DNA from: Myxococcales bacterium
GTDB lineage: Bacteria; Myxococcota_A; UBA9042; JABWCM01; BTVJ01
NCBI GenBank assembly: GCA_045863395.1
Contig: BTVJ01000112.1
Location: 1-21,149 of the forward strand
Direction: 5' to 3'
DNA: 21,149 bases
Both the position numbers and the translations under genes were made by a program. Of the stretch, positions 1 through 7,939 are shown in pieces. Every line of letters starts with the position of its first letter. Positions within the stretch are counted from its first letter, which is position 1. The notes beneath the pieces were generated by a model that had not been told where the DNA came from, made no database searches, and worked only from the letters and a program-made list of their open reading frames with translations.

Positions 1-63
1 TCGCAAGGTCGCAAGGTCGCAAGGTCGCAAGGTCGCAAGGTCGCAAGGTCGCAAGGTCGCAAG
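1..63. repeat. Perfect 8-bp tandem repeat (TCGCAAGG)x7 + TCGCAAG, truncated by the window start
   Basis: Read directly: TCGCAAGG repeated from base 1 to 56, then TCGCAAG at 57-63, then unique sequence. No stop codon in any + frame. Confidence 0.97.
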
Positions 64-81
64 ACGCTGCTCCTACTCGGC

Positions 82-2757
82 ATGATGGCCCTTTGTTTCT
101 GGAACTGTAGCTCGCCGGAGCCATACGGGAGCGGCGGCGGGGCCACGGGAACCCAACTCGGCGCCGTGGAGACGGTCAACGCCAGCCTCGTTGACCTGTA
201 TGACCGCGCCGCCCTGAAGGGCGCGACAGAGCCCGGGTTCATTGGCTTGTCGGGGGATGTCACTGCTGAGTTCCTGACGCGCGGCGTGAATCCGCGAGAG
301 CCGCTGGTCGTGACTTCGCCGTCCGGGATCCCGGTACTCCTCGCGGGACTTGACGCGTCGTTTCCCCCATTGACGCAGCCGGTGAAGGACCTGGCACCAC
401 CCGGGCTGCTTCAGCAGTTCCTCAACTCGTACGGCAACCTCTTCGCTCCAACGGGAAGGCAGATCGAGTTTACGGTCCAGCGGGAGGATGTCTTCGCGGA
501 TGGAACGACGGTTCTTCGAGTGCAGCAAGTAATTGACGGGGTGCGTATTCAGGGCGCGGACGCTGTGGCACATCTCCGGCCAAATGGCGACCTCAGCTAC
601 TTTCACGGGAGGTTGGCCGCGGTGCCCGCGAAGCTCCCCCTTCCAGACTACGGGATTGACAAGACGGTGGCACTGACGTTCCTTCCCACCGGCGCGGGTG
701 TACAGGTCGAGGCCATAGACCCGTCCCTCGTCTGGATACCGGAGGCGCTCGGATCCAGCAGTGAGGGAGACGAACTGACGCTGGCCTGGGAGGTTCTGAC
801 GAGAGATGCGCATGACACGCTGGTCGTGACCAGGATCAGCGCAGCCGATGGGACCGTCCTGGCCTCAACCCCTGTGGCGAAGCACGCGATGGCTCGCTCG
901 GTCTCGGATGCAGAGGGGCTGGACACATTGCCGGGAGTGCTACGATTCACTGACGACCCATACTACTGCAATGGTTGCGTGGACACAGTCGTGCGGGCGG
1001 CCAGGAGCTACCTGGCTACCCTCTACAGCTTCTGGAATGGCCAGTTTGGGTGGAGCAGCTACGATGGTAGTGACGCCGTTATGGAGGTCACCGTCAGGTA
1101 CGGTGGCAACACGACATCGCCGTTTTGGGACGGATACAACAACGATAAGGGAACTCCGTTTTCGGGCATGTCTCGCGCCGTGTTCGACCCAGGCAATGTG
1201 TCAATGGACTTCGTGGCCCATGAGTTCGGTCATGCCATGAACCAGGCGACCGCCGGGTTGGACCATATGGGACATTCTGGCGCACTGGACGAGCACGCGT
1301 CCGATTGCCTGGCGGCGGTAGTGTCACAGGACTGGATTCTGTTCGAGGGTACTAGCTGGTCCGCGACCTATCTCGGCACGCGGAACGTTGCCCACCCGCA
1401 GCTCTCGGCTCTTGCCTGGGACACCTGCGCTAACTGCAGTTTCACCGGGCAGCCCGACCGGTGGACCAGGTTTGGGACCAACTCGAAAGACGACAAGCTC
1501 GTGCACTACAATGCGGGGATTGGCAACAAGGTGTGCTACCTCCTTGCCGCGGGGAGTCTGGACTTCAACGGACTCAGCGTGGCCGGACAAGGGTTCGGTC
1601 GAACTGCCGAGACATTCCACAATCTCCTTCGCTACTACCTCACATCCACGTCGACCTACGAGGACTACGTTGTCGCCCTCTCGGCGGCAGCGCTGAAGGT
1701 TGACATCGACAATGGACTGGTGGGCTTTCCCACGACCCTGGCGTCGCTCGATGCCTTGGCGGCGGTCGGACTCTGGGATCCCCCGCAGGCAGTGCCGACC
1801 AGTACTCTGGCGGTTGACCGCGTGGCCACCACGGACCACGCCACACCGAACAACGGACAGGGGCTCCTGGTCGCGTTTCGTAGTCTCCCGCCCAGGAGAT
1901 TGACCTTTGCCGAGTACGGTGCGGCCACCGGGTGGCTGCCTGCATATACTTCGGCGTACGAGGTGCGCCCCTTGTTGGGGGCGCCGGACTTCCTTAGTGA
2001 AAGAGATTCCTTGGCGCTCGACTGGATTTTCTATCCGGTTGAGGTGAGCCCTGGTATACGCGCGGTCGTAAGGGCGGCGCTCATCAATGGTGCTCTTGCC
2101 ATTCCAACGCCAGTGACGCCGTATCTGCCGCTCGCCACGAGCAATGAACCTGTAACGGCCGCGGCGCTTGCCGGAGAGATGTACGTGTTTCATCGGGATG
2201 TTCTCAAGCAGGTGCACTGGGCTCAGGTTGGAGGCAGCGACGGAATCGTGACTGTGGCGGGCCAGTACGTCACATCGGCTGCCCCTCCGGATGTCGTGGA
2301 GAGCCTGGGGCGGATCTGGCTCGCATATACTCTTGGTAATGAATCGTGCGTGATCTCTGCTACCCCGGCGGGGATTCACTTCAACTCGTGGTCCAACCCG
2401 TACTGTCCGCGTCTGTCCGCCGATGCCTTCAATGCACGGTTCGCATCTCCTCCTGGGAGTGTGAGACCTTCCACGCTCATCCAATGGGACGTGAGTGGGA
2501 ATTACAACAATCCAGCCGCCATCCGACTGCTTCTCTCTTCGCATGTTCAGGACCCGAACTACTTGAGCTACCCGATGGCGCAGATCTCCTTGACCGAGGA
2601 CGGCAACGGAACGGTGGTCGCGGCGGAGCGAAACGTGCTCCAACCCATCGAGGGTGTCGAAAGCCCCGGGAAGAGTGCCGCGGTCGGCGGGAGGCTGCAC
2701 CAGGTGTTCATCAGGTCTGACGGTACCATCCACCACCGCAAGAAGAGGGGGTACTGA
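82..2757 (+). CDS. M4 (thermolysin-family) zinc metallopeptidase: probable lipoprotein with FTP/PepSY-like propeptide and ~330-aa C-terminal extension; true start may lie upstream of the window
   Basis: HEXXH as VAHEFGH (1219-1233), third Zn-ligand motif SGALDEHASD, and DDKLVHYNAGIGNK matching the thermolysin DNGGVHINSGIINK region. Propeptide-like segments VLRVQQVIDGVRIQGA and ISAADGTVL. The frame is open from base 1 and gives RKTLLLLGMMALCFWNC, which resembles a signal peptide. Confidence 0.9.
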   Translation: MMALCFWNCSSPEPYGSGGGATGTQLGAVETVNASLVDLYDRAALKGATEPGFIGLSGDVTAEFLTRGVNPREPLVVTSPSGIPVLLAGLDASFPPLTQPVKDLAPPGLLQQFLNSYGNLFAPTGRQIEFTVQREDVFADGTTVLRVQQVIDGVRIQGADAVAHLRPNGDLSYFHGRLAAVPAKLPLPDYGIDKTVALTFLPTGAGVQVEAIDPSLVWIPEALGSSSEGDELTLAWEVLTRDAHDTLVVTRISAADGTVLASTPVAKHAMARSVSDAEGLDTLPGVLRFTDDPYYCNGCVDTVVRAARSYLATLYSFWNGQFGWSSYDGSDAVMEVTVRYGGNTTSPFWDGYNNDKGTPFSGMSRAVFDPGNVSMDFVAHEFGHAMNQATAGLDHMGHSGALDEHASDCLAAVVSQDWILFEGTSWSATYLGTRNVAHPQLSALAWDTCANCSFTGQPDRWTRFGTNSKDDKLVHYNAGIGNKVCYLLAAGSLDFNGLSVAGQGFGRTAETFHNLLRYYLTSTSTYEDYVVALSAAALKVDIDNGLVGFPTTLASLDALAAVGLWDPPQAVPTSTLAVDRVATTDHATPNNGQGLLVAFRSLPPRRLTFAEYGAATGWLPAYTSAYEVRPLLGAPDFLSERDSLALDWIFYPVEVSPGIRAVVRAALINGALAIPTPVTPYLPLATSNEPVTAAALAGEMYVFHRDVLKQVHWAQVGGSDGIVTVAGQYVTSAAPPDVVESLGRIWLAYTLGNESCVISATPAGIHFNSWSNPYCPRLSADAFNARFASPPGSVRPSTLIQWDVSGNYNNPAAIRLLLSSHVQDPNYLSYPMAQISLTEDGNGTVVAAERNVLQPIEGVESPGKSAAVGGRLHQVFIRSDGTIHHRKKRGY

Positions 2758-2758
2758 A

Positions 2759-4120
2759 ATGAAGCCAAAGGGTCTTTGCATCATTCACAGATTGGGCCTC
2801 TTGGTGGCGCTGCTCGGTGCCGCTCTGGCGAGATGTTCGTCCAGCGGGAGCGCGCAGAGCTCAGGGTCCCTGGTGGCGGTGGGATCTGAAACTACCGCCG
2901 GAGTCGGCGATTCGGTCGACCTCGACAGCTCCGGATCCACCGGGGACTCGCTGGAAGACGGCGATTTGTCTGCGCCCGCCGGTGATGCGTCTGGCGGGGC
3001 CCCGGACGTGCAGCCTGCGGCCGAGCGCTCGCACGAGGATGCTTCACCGGTTGCGGTTGGGGAGGAGTCGTCAAGCCTGGCCTGCGTACAGGATGCCGGC
3101 GCGCTGCTGTGTAGCGACGTGGACGCCGCCGGTGGTCACAGCGGACTCTACACGCGGTCGCTGCGGCTGCTTCCAGGTGGTCGTCTAGGTCTCTCGGGGA
3201 TCAGGAGCAATGGCCTGGCGGGAGCGTCCAAGGACCCACTCGCGTGTCCATGCCGCGACACCGTTCGTAGTATCGCCCCTTCCGGCTTCACCTACGGCGA
3301 GTTCGATATGGGCGCGGGCCAATTCACGGCGGTCGGGCTGTGTCCGATCCAGGTCATCGACAACAATCATGTCATCGACGAGTGTCGTCTTCGCGAGAGC
3401 ATCCTCAAGCACCAGCCGTTGGAGATCGGGTCATTTGGTATTCCAAGGCCCCCCGCGGTTAGCCTGACGCTGGAGGGGACGACCTGGCGGGCAGGAGTGG
3501 CCGGTGGGCTGGACGACCAGAATAGCTTACATGCGCTGGAGCGCGTGAATGAAGCGGAGTCGGTGTCCTACGGGATGCCAGTCGCAGTGTGCCTGTTCGA
3601 CACGAACACGCTGATTGAGTCGCAGTGCTTCCCCGACCCGGCGACAGGCCAGTTTGCTCTTGTCGCCGACAACCTGGACAGCCAGTTCCGCATCGTCGTG
3701 GATGGTGTCGAGCACGAGCCGCGGGCGTCGTCTTGGGGTCACAAGCCGTATACGTTCTTCGCCCGTCTGCCCGTCGAGGACAGGCTGGCGGTTCGGGCAG
3801 AGGCGGTGGTACCTGACTCGAACGGCTTTGGTCTGGTCGTGGCGCTGGACATTCCCCTGGCCGAGAGCGGCACGTGGACGGCCGCCGACAGACCCGACAT
3901 GGAGCTGTCGGTCATCCATCGTCTTCCAGTAGGCCCCGCTCCATGCGGTGACGGGTGCTGGTCGAGCGCACCCGGATGTTGGCTCGAAGTGACTCTGGAG
4001 AGTCTGGGCTCCCGCGCTGTCGGAAGCTTCGCTGGCAGGATCGGGCACGGCAGTTGCGCGGCCGGGGAGGTGCACGACGTCGAGGGGACCTTCGACGTGG
4101 GGTACACTCCCTGCCCCTGA
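2759..4120 (+). CDS. Hypothetical Cys-rich lipoprotein (453 aa)
   Basis: ATG at 2759, 1 nt after the peptidase stop, with GAGGGGG upstream. MKPKGLCIIHRLGLLVALLGAALARC has a basic/hydrophobic leader and a lipobox-like LARC. A Ser/Gly/Asp-rich linker and beta-rich Cys-containing domains follow. The ORF track start at 2654 overlaps the peptidase and is unlikely. Confidence 0.75.
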   Translation: MKPKGLCIIHRLGLLVALLGAALARCSSSGSAQSSGSLVAVGSETTAGVGDSVDLDSSGSTGDSLEDGDLSAPAGDASGGAPDVQPAAERSHEDASPVAVGEESSSLACVQDAGALLCSDVDAAGGHSGLYTRSLRLLPGGRLGLSGIRSNGLAGASKDPLACPCRDTVRSIAPSGFTYGEFDMGAGQFTAVGLCPIQVIDNNHVIDECRLRESILKHQPLEIGSFGIPRPPAVSLTLEGTTWRAGVAGGLDDQNSLHALERVNEAESVSYGMPVAVCLFDTNTLIESQCFPDPATGQFALVADNLDSQFRIVVDGVEHEPRASSWGHKPYTFFARLPVEDRLAVRAEAVVPDSNGFGLVVALDIPLAESGTWTAADRPDMELSVIHRLPVGPAPCGDGCWSSAPGCWLEVTLESLGSRAVGSFAGRIGHGSCAAGEVHDVEGTFDVGYTPCP

Positions 4121-4253
4121 CGAGCCTGACGGGGCGCAATCCAACCGGTTTGAGGTGGTACCTGCTGGGTCGTCGCGGCTCGTGAACCTGCGTGCTGGGT
4201 CTGGCGACCGCTCGGAAGAAGCAGCTCTCCCCGGGCGAGGAGGGGTCTTGACG

Positions 4254-4283
4254 TTGCCGTGCTCGCTCGCCGCAGGGTAGAAT
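4254..4283 (+). promoter_or_regulatory. Candidate sigma70 promoter for mntA-hepT
   Basis: TTGCCG (4254-4259), 18-nt spacer, TAGAAT (4278-4283). ATG at 4291 follows 7 nt after the -10 element. Confidence 0.5.
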
Positions 4284-4290
4284 GGCGGTC

Positions 4291-4728
4291 ATGGGTGATG
4301 ACGCTGGTGACGGACGGCCGAACATCGAGCAGGAGCTCACTGCCTGGGTGGCCACGTCGTCGCCGGCCCCCGTGGCCGTGTGGCTGTTCGGGAGCGCCGC
4401 GGCCGGTGCCATGCGCTCGGACAGCGACGTGGACGTCGCGGTGCTGACCGCGGATCCTGCGCGCCGCATCCCGGCCGTAGAGCGGTGGGCGCTCGCGGCC
4501 GATCTGGCCCGGCGGCTGGGTCGCGACGTGGATCTCGTCGACCTGCGGGCCGCTCCGACCGTGCTCCAGATGCAGGTCGTGAGCACTGGGCGCCGTGTGG
4601 TGTGCCGTGACCCGGCTGCCGCCGAGGCCTTCGAGTCTCTCGTCTGGGCCATGTACGTCCGCTTCGTCGAGAGCCGGCGTGACATCGTCGACGACGCCGT
4701 GCGCCGGGGGACCATCCATGGTCGATGA
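4291..4728 (+). CDS. mntA: Minimal nucleotidyltransferase (MNT) antitoxin, type VII TA
   Basis: WLFGSAAAGAMRSDSDVDVAV fits GSX10DXD, plus RDVDLVDL. Overlaps a HEPN gene by 11 nt. Start is 4291 or 4282. Confidence 0.9.
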   Translation: MGDDAGDGRPNIEQELTAWVATSSPAPVAVWLFGSAAAGAMRSDSDVDVAVLTADPARRIPAVERWALAADLARRLGRDVDLVDLRAAPTVLQMQVVSTGRRVVCRDPAAAEAFESLVWAMYVRFVESRRDIVDDAVRRGTIHGR

Positions 4729-5128
4729 TGTGGTCCTCGCCAAGGCATCGATCATCGAGCGTTGCCTCCAGCGCGTCGAGCAGGAATATCGCGGCGATCC
4801 TGAGGGGCTGCGGAGGGACCTGACGCGACAGGACTCCATCGTGCTCAACCTTCAGCGGGCGTGCGAGGCGGCCATCGATCTGGGGCTCCATCTGGTGCGC
4901 GTACGCCGGGCGGGGCTGCCGCAGCGGTCCCGAGACGCATTCGACCTGCTCGTGACGGCCGGCCTCCTCCCTGACGACCTGGGGGACCGGCTGGCCGGGA
5001 TGGTGGGCTTTCGGAACATCGCCGTCCACGACTATCAGAAGCTGGACCTGGACGTGGTGCAGGCCATCATCGAGGAGCGGCTTCCAGACCTGCGGGAGTT
5101 CGTGCGCGTCGCGCTCACGGCGGCTTGA
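4718..5128 (+). CDS. hepT: HEPN (DUF86) RNase toxin, type VII TA (136 aa)
   Basis: MVDDVVLAKASIIERCLQRV...LNLQRACEAAIDLG...GFRNIAVHDY contains the RX4HXY motif. ATG at 4718 lies inside the end of the MNT gene. Confidence 0.93.
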   Translation: MVDDVVLAKASIIERCLQRVEQEYRGDPEGLRRDLTRQDSIVLNLQRACEAAIDLGLHLVRVRRAGLPQRSRDAFDLLVTAGLLPDDLGDRLAGMVGFRNIAVHDYQKLDLDVVQAIIEERLPDLREFVRVALTAA

Positions 5129-5283
5129 AGCTGCGAACACGCCACCGATTCCTGTTGGAAGAGCGCCTCGACGTGTTCTGCTTCGTTGGTCCACCCCTCG
5201 GAGTGCGGCCTGGTCGGGGGCCCACGTTGTGGGGACTGGGGCTCGACTCGGCCGGTGGTCGCACCAGGCGATGGCACCCACAT

Positions 5284-6039
5284 CTACGCCAAGCGCTGCG
5301 CCCAGCCCCAGCCCGCGCGAAGGAGCAGGCGCTCCCACGCCGGGCGGATCGCGTCCATGGGCGTGCCCAGAAAGACCGCGCCGGCGAGGGCGCGCAGCGC
5401 GTCTCCGGTCTTGCCCGCGACGCCTCGTTCGGCGCCAACCGTGCGCCACTCCTCGGCGTCGAGTCCCGCCCGGGCCAGCCTCAGGGTCAGCGGGTCCAGG
5501 GGGGCGTCAGCCTCCAGGGCGAGGGCTCGCTCCTGCACCTCGCGGACCTCCTCCAGATCCCGCGCGCCGTGGAGCGGGCGGCGCAGGGCCCCGATGACGC
5601 GGGCGGCCTCGTCCGCGGCGGAGACTCCCCGGCACTGTCGCGCCTCCGCTGCCTGGACCCGGAAGCTCGAGGGCGCGAGGCGGGCCGCCGCGCTGAACCG
5701 GAGACCGTCCAGGGGCTGGCCGTCGGGCGGAGAGGCGCACAGCGCGCCAAGATCCGGTGCGACCGGTCGCCAGAAGCGCCCATCCGTAGACCCGACCACC
5801 GGCAGGCGGGCACGCTCGATGGCCTCGACGCAGACGTCCAGGGCGAGGAGTTCCGTGTCGCTCACCGCGACCGGGATCAGCATGGGCGGGAGCGTGCTGA
5901 CGCGAGGGTCCCCCCGGTCATCGAGCCAGCGGGCCCAGGGCGGCGGCTCGCCTCCCGCTGCTACCACGGCGGACTGGACCGCGTCTGCGAGCTTGCCGCG
6001 AGCCGGCAGTAGTGCGAGGCGGGTCTGGAGCGGGGTCAT
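5284..6039 (-). CDS. Hypothetical protein (251 aa); N-half loosely SUKH/SMI1-KNR4-like, C-half helical
   Basis: GGAGA ~10 nt upstream of ATG and protein-like composition, unlike the overlapping + ORFs. The segment PPMLIPVAVSDTELLALD...LPVV...PVAPDLGAL resembles the SUKH core by eye only. Confidence 0.6.
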   Translation of the reverse strand: MTPLQTRLALLPARGKLADAVQSAVVAAGGEPPPWARWLDDRGDPRVSTLPPMLIPVAVSDTELLALDVCVEAIERARLPVVGSTDGRFWRPVAPDLGALCASPPDGQPLDGLRFSAAARLAPSSFRVQAAEARQCRGVSAADEAARVIGALRRPLHGARDLEEVREVQERALALEADAPLDPLTLRLARAGLDAEEWRTVGAERGVAGKTGDALRALAGAVFLGTPMDAIRPAWERLLLRAGWGWAQRLA

Positions 6040-6075
6040 GGGAGCGATCTCCGGTGTGGGGCGCGGTGGGCGACG

Positions 6076-6270
6076 CTACCGGTCTGATCGGCCCTTCTCC
6101 GGCTCACCGCGAAAGAGCCGCGCGATGCCCGACAGCAGGCCCTCCGGGGCGTGTGCCTCGCAGCGGCACCGGTCCTCGGGGCTCACGTCGCGGAGCACCT
6201 GCTCCACGTGCGCCCCGCACCCGCGCCACGTCACCTTCCCGCACCGGCTGCACCGCGCTCTCGAACACAT
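6076..6270 (-). CDS. Small conserved Cys-rich, probably metal-binding protein (64 aa)
   Basis: GGAGGA RBS before ATG at 6270. MCSRARCSRCGKVTWRGCGAHVEQVLRDVSPEDRCRC matches a recurring uncharacterised family pattern, MC-x4-CxxCGKxTWxGCGxH...RCxC. Confidence 0.8.
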   Translation of the reverse strand: MCSRARCSRCGKVTWRGCGAHVEQVLRDVSPEDRCRCEAHAPEGLLSGIARLFRGEPEKGRSDR

Positions 6271-6517
6271 CTGCGTCCTCCTTGGGCTCAACGCTCGCGC
6301 ACCCTACCATACCGCCTCGCGACCTTCACGTGGCGCATCCAGCCCACACCCTCTCCGGCGCAGCCGAGCCCCGCGCTCGTTGCACGACACGTCACGGCGA
6401 GGCCGTGCGGCGACCCCAAGTCCAGGCGGTCCGAGACGGTGGGCGGGTCGATGCGGTTGCTCTGCTCGGCCCCCCGTGGTAGCTAGCTCCCTGGCCGCAC
6501 AGGCCAGAGGAGTGAGG

Positions 6518-7939
6518 ATGCCCAGAGGACCGCGGGAAGACGACGAGCGCCCGGAGGCGGAGCGCTGGCCCAGGGGGCGCGTGGACATCGTCGTCCCAAC
6601 GACCGAGCGCTGGAAGGTCGGGGAGACGGTGCGGGACGCCGCCGACGGGGGCGCCGCGCGGGTGATCCGCGTGCGCGCCAGCCAGCGGGAGTCAGCGCGC
6701 AAGGCCCCCCCCGTTCGCCTGCCGCGCACTGTCGAGGTGGCGCACGTCGAGGCGCCTGACGCCACGCCGTCTCATACGGCGGGGCGCTCGGGCCTCGTCG
6801 TGGACGACGCGCTGGCGACGCTGCTGCGCCAGCACCCCGGGCTCGGCGCACTCCGCCCTCGCTGCGGTCTGGTCGCCTCCGCGTTCGCCCGCCTGGAGGA
6901 GCACGACCGGGAGCGGTGGCTCGGGATGCGCAACGGGCGCCCGCGCCCCATCCGTCTGCCGGCCCGCTTCGATCTGGCGCCCGTCGGAGTGGCCCTCCGC
7001 GAGGCCCTGGACGGAGCGACCGCCTCGCTCGACCGCCTCGCCCTGGAGTGGGCCCTGGAGCTCTTGGAGAGCGACCCTCACCTGCTGTGGAACCACGCCG
7101 TGGAGGCCGCGCTCCCGGCGCTGCAGGAGGAGGCCGGCGCCACAGTCGCAGCCCTCGCGGAGGCGCTCCCGGCAGAGAGCCCCTGCGGCCTCGACCTGCC
7201 ACCGGAGCTCGCCATCCCACTGCTCCCCTACACGGCCAGGTGGCGTCTCGGGCGGATCGCCGGAGAAACGAAGTCCACCAACGTCTTGCGCGAGCACGCC
7301 CAGCGCCGCGTCCGCACCTTGCTCGATCCGACCCTGCGCGCTGCCCTGGCCGTGCTCGCCGACCGCGTGGGTGTTCCCGCGCCCGCGCCCGCGGACGACG
7401 CCGCGTGGACCGACGTGGTCCTCGCCTGCCTGCGCCAGCTCTGCCAGGTGCCCGATGGCCGCCTGGCTCTGCTCGCGGCTCGCCCCGCAGAGGTCTCCGC
7501 GTATGTCGCTGCCGGCAAGGAGCTGCTCGACGCAGGGCGTCCCTTCCTGGCCGAGCTCGCGTTCGTGGCGGCGATGACCGTGACCAGCGATCCCGCCAAG
7601 GCGCTGCGCTACGAGGCGGAGGCCCACGCCCTGCTCGCAGACCAGGACGACGTGCTCGTGGCTGCGCGGTGCGACCATGGGAGCGGCGTCGTCGTGCGGC
7701 AGCCGGGCCCCGAGGGGCGCTGGACCACGCGGTGGGAGCCGAACGAGCGGTGGCCCGACGAGGCGCCGGTCTCGGTCCTGGGGCTGGCCGCGCCGATCCT
7801 CGACGCCCTGCTCGCCGCGGGCCTCGCCACGGTGGGGTCAGTGCGAGCGGCCGACCGGCTCGACCTCCTCTCCCTGCCCTCGGTGGGCCGGAGTGGGCTC
7901 CGCCAGATCCTGGACGCGCTGGAGTCGCCGCCCCCATGA
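6518..7939 (+). CDS. Hypothetical helical protein (473 aa) with C-terminal RNA polymerase alpha-CTD-like (HhH) domain
   Basis: GAGGAG upstream of ATG 6518. The C-terminus PVSVLGLAAPILDALLAAGLATVGSVRAADRLDLLSLPSVGRSGLRQILDAL follows the alpha-CTD pattern. The stop overlaps the next start (ATGA). Confidence 0.7.
   Translation: MPRGPREDDERPEAERWPRGRVDIVVPTTERWKVGETVRDAADGGAARVIRVRASQRESARKAPPVRLPRTVEVAHVEAPDATPSHTAGRSGLVVDDALATLLRQHPGLGALRPRCGLVASAFARLEEHDRERWLGMRNGRPRPIRLPARFDLAPVGVALREALDGATASLDRLALEWALELLESDPHLLWNHAVEAALPALQEEAGATVAALAEALPAESPCGLDLPPELAIPLLPYTARWRLGRIAGETKSTNVLREHAQRRVRTLLDPTLRAALAVLADRVGVPAPAPADDAAWTDVVLACLRQLCQVPDGRLALLAARPAEVSAYVAAGKELLDAGRPFLAELAFVAAMTVTSDPAKALRYEAEAHALLADQDDVLVAARCDHGSGVVVRQPGPEGRWTTRWEPNERWPDEAPVSVLGLAAPILDALLAAGLATVGSVRAADRLDLLSLPSVGRSGLRQILDALESPPP

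Noticed and set aside
1..63. Repeat as a CRISPR array or telomere-like tract
   Set aside because: The units are contiguous 8-mers with no spacers, there are no cas genes, and the context is bacterial coding sequence.
1324..2784. Long antisense ORFs (also 7609-9309, 11481-12893, 12655-14532, 16782-18257)
   Set aside because: They mirror well-supported + strand genes and show no motifs; such ORFs are expected where high GC makes stop codons rare.
5035..5283. 82-aa minus-strand ORF or possible gene remnant after hepT
   Set aside because: It overlaps hepT antisense and has no recognisable motif, so it cannot be supported.
6457..6485. TTGCTC-N17-TAGCTA as promoter for the gene at 6518
   Set aside because: The spacing is right but the -10 lacks the conserved final T; too weak to list as a feature.
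5186..6517. N-terminal 444 aa of the 917-aa + ORF
   Set aside because: Arg/Ser/Ala-rich shadow translation overlapping two plausible minus-strand genes; a good RBS and ATG exist at 6518.
6916..7935. N-terminal extension of the 865-aa radical SAM ORF
   Set aside because: Off-frame read of the upstream gene; family-like sequence begins at the ATGA overlap at 7936.
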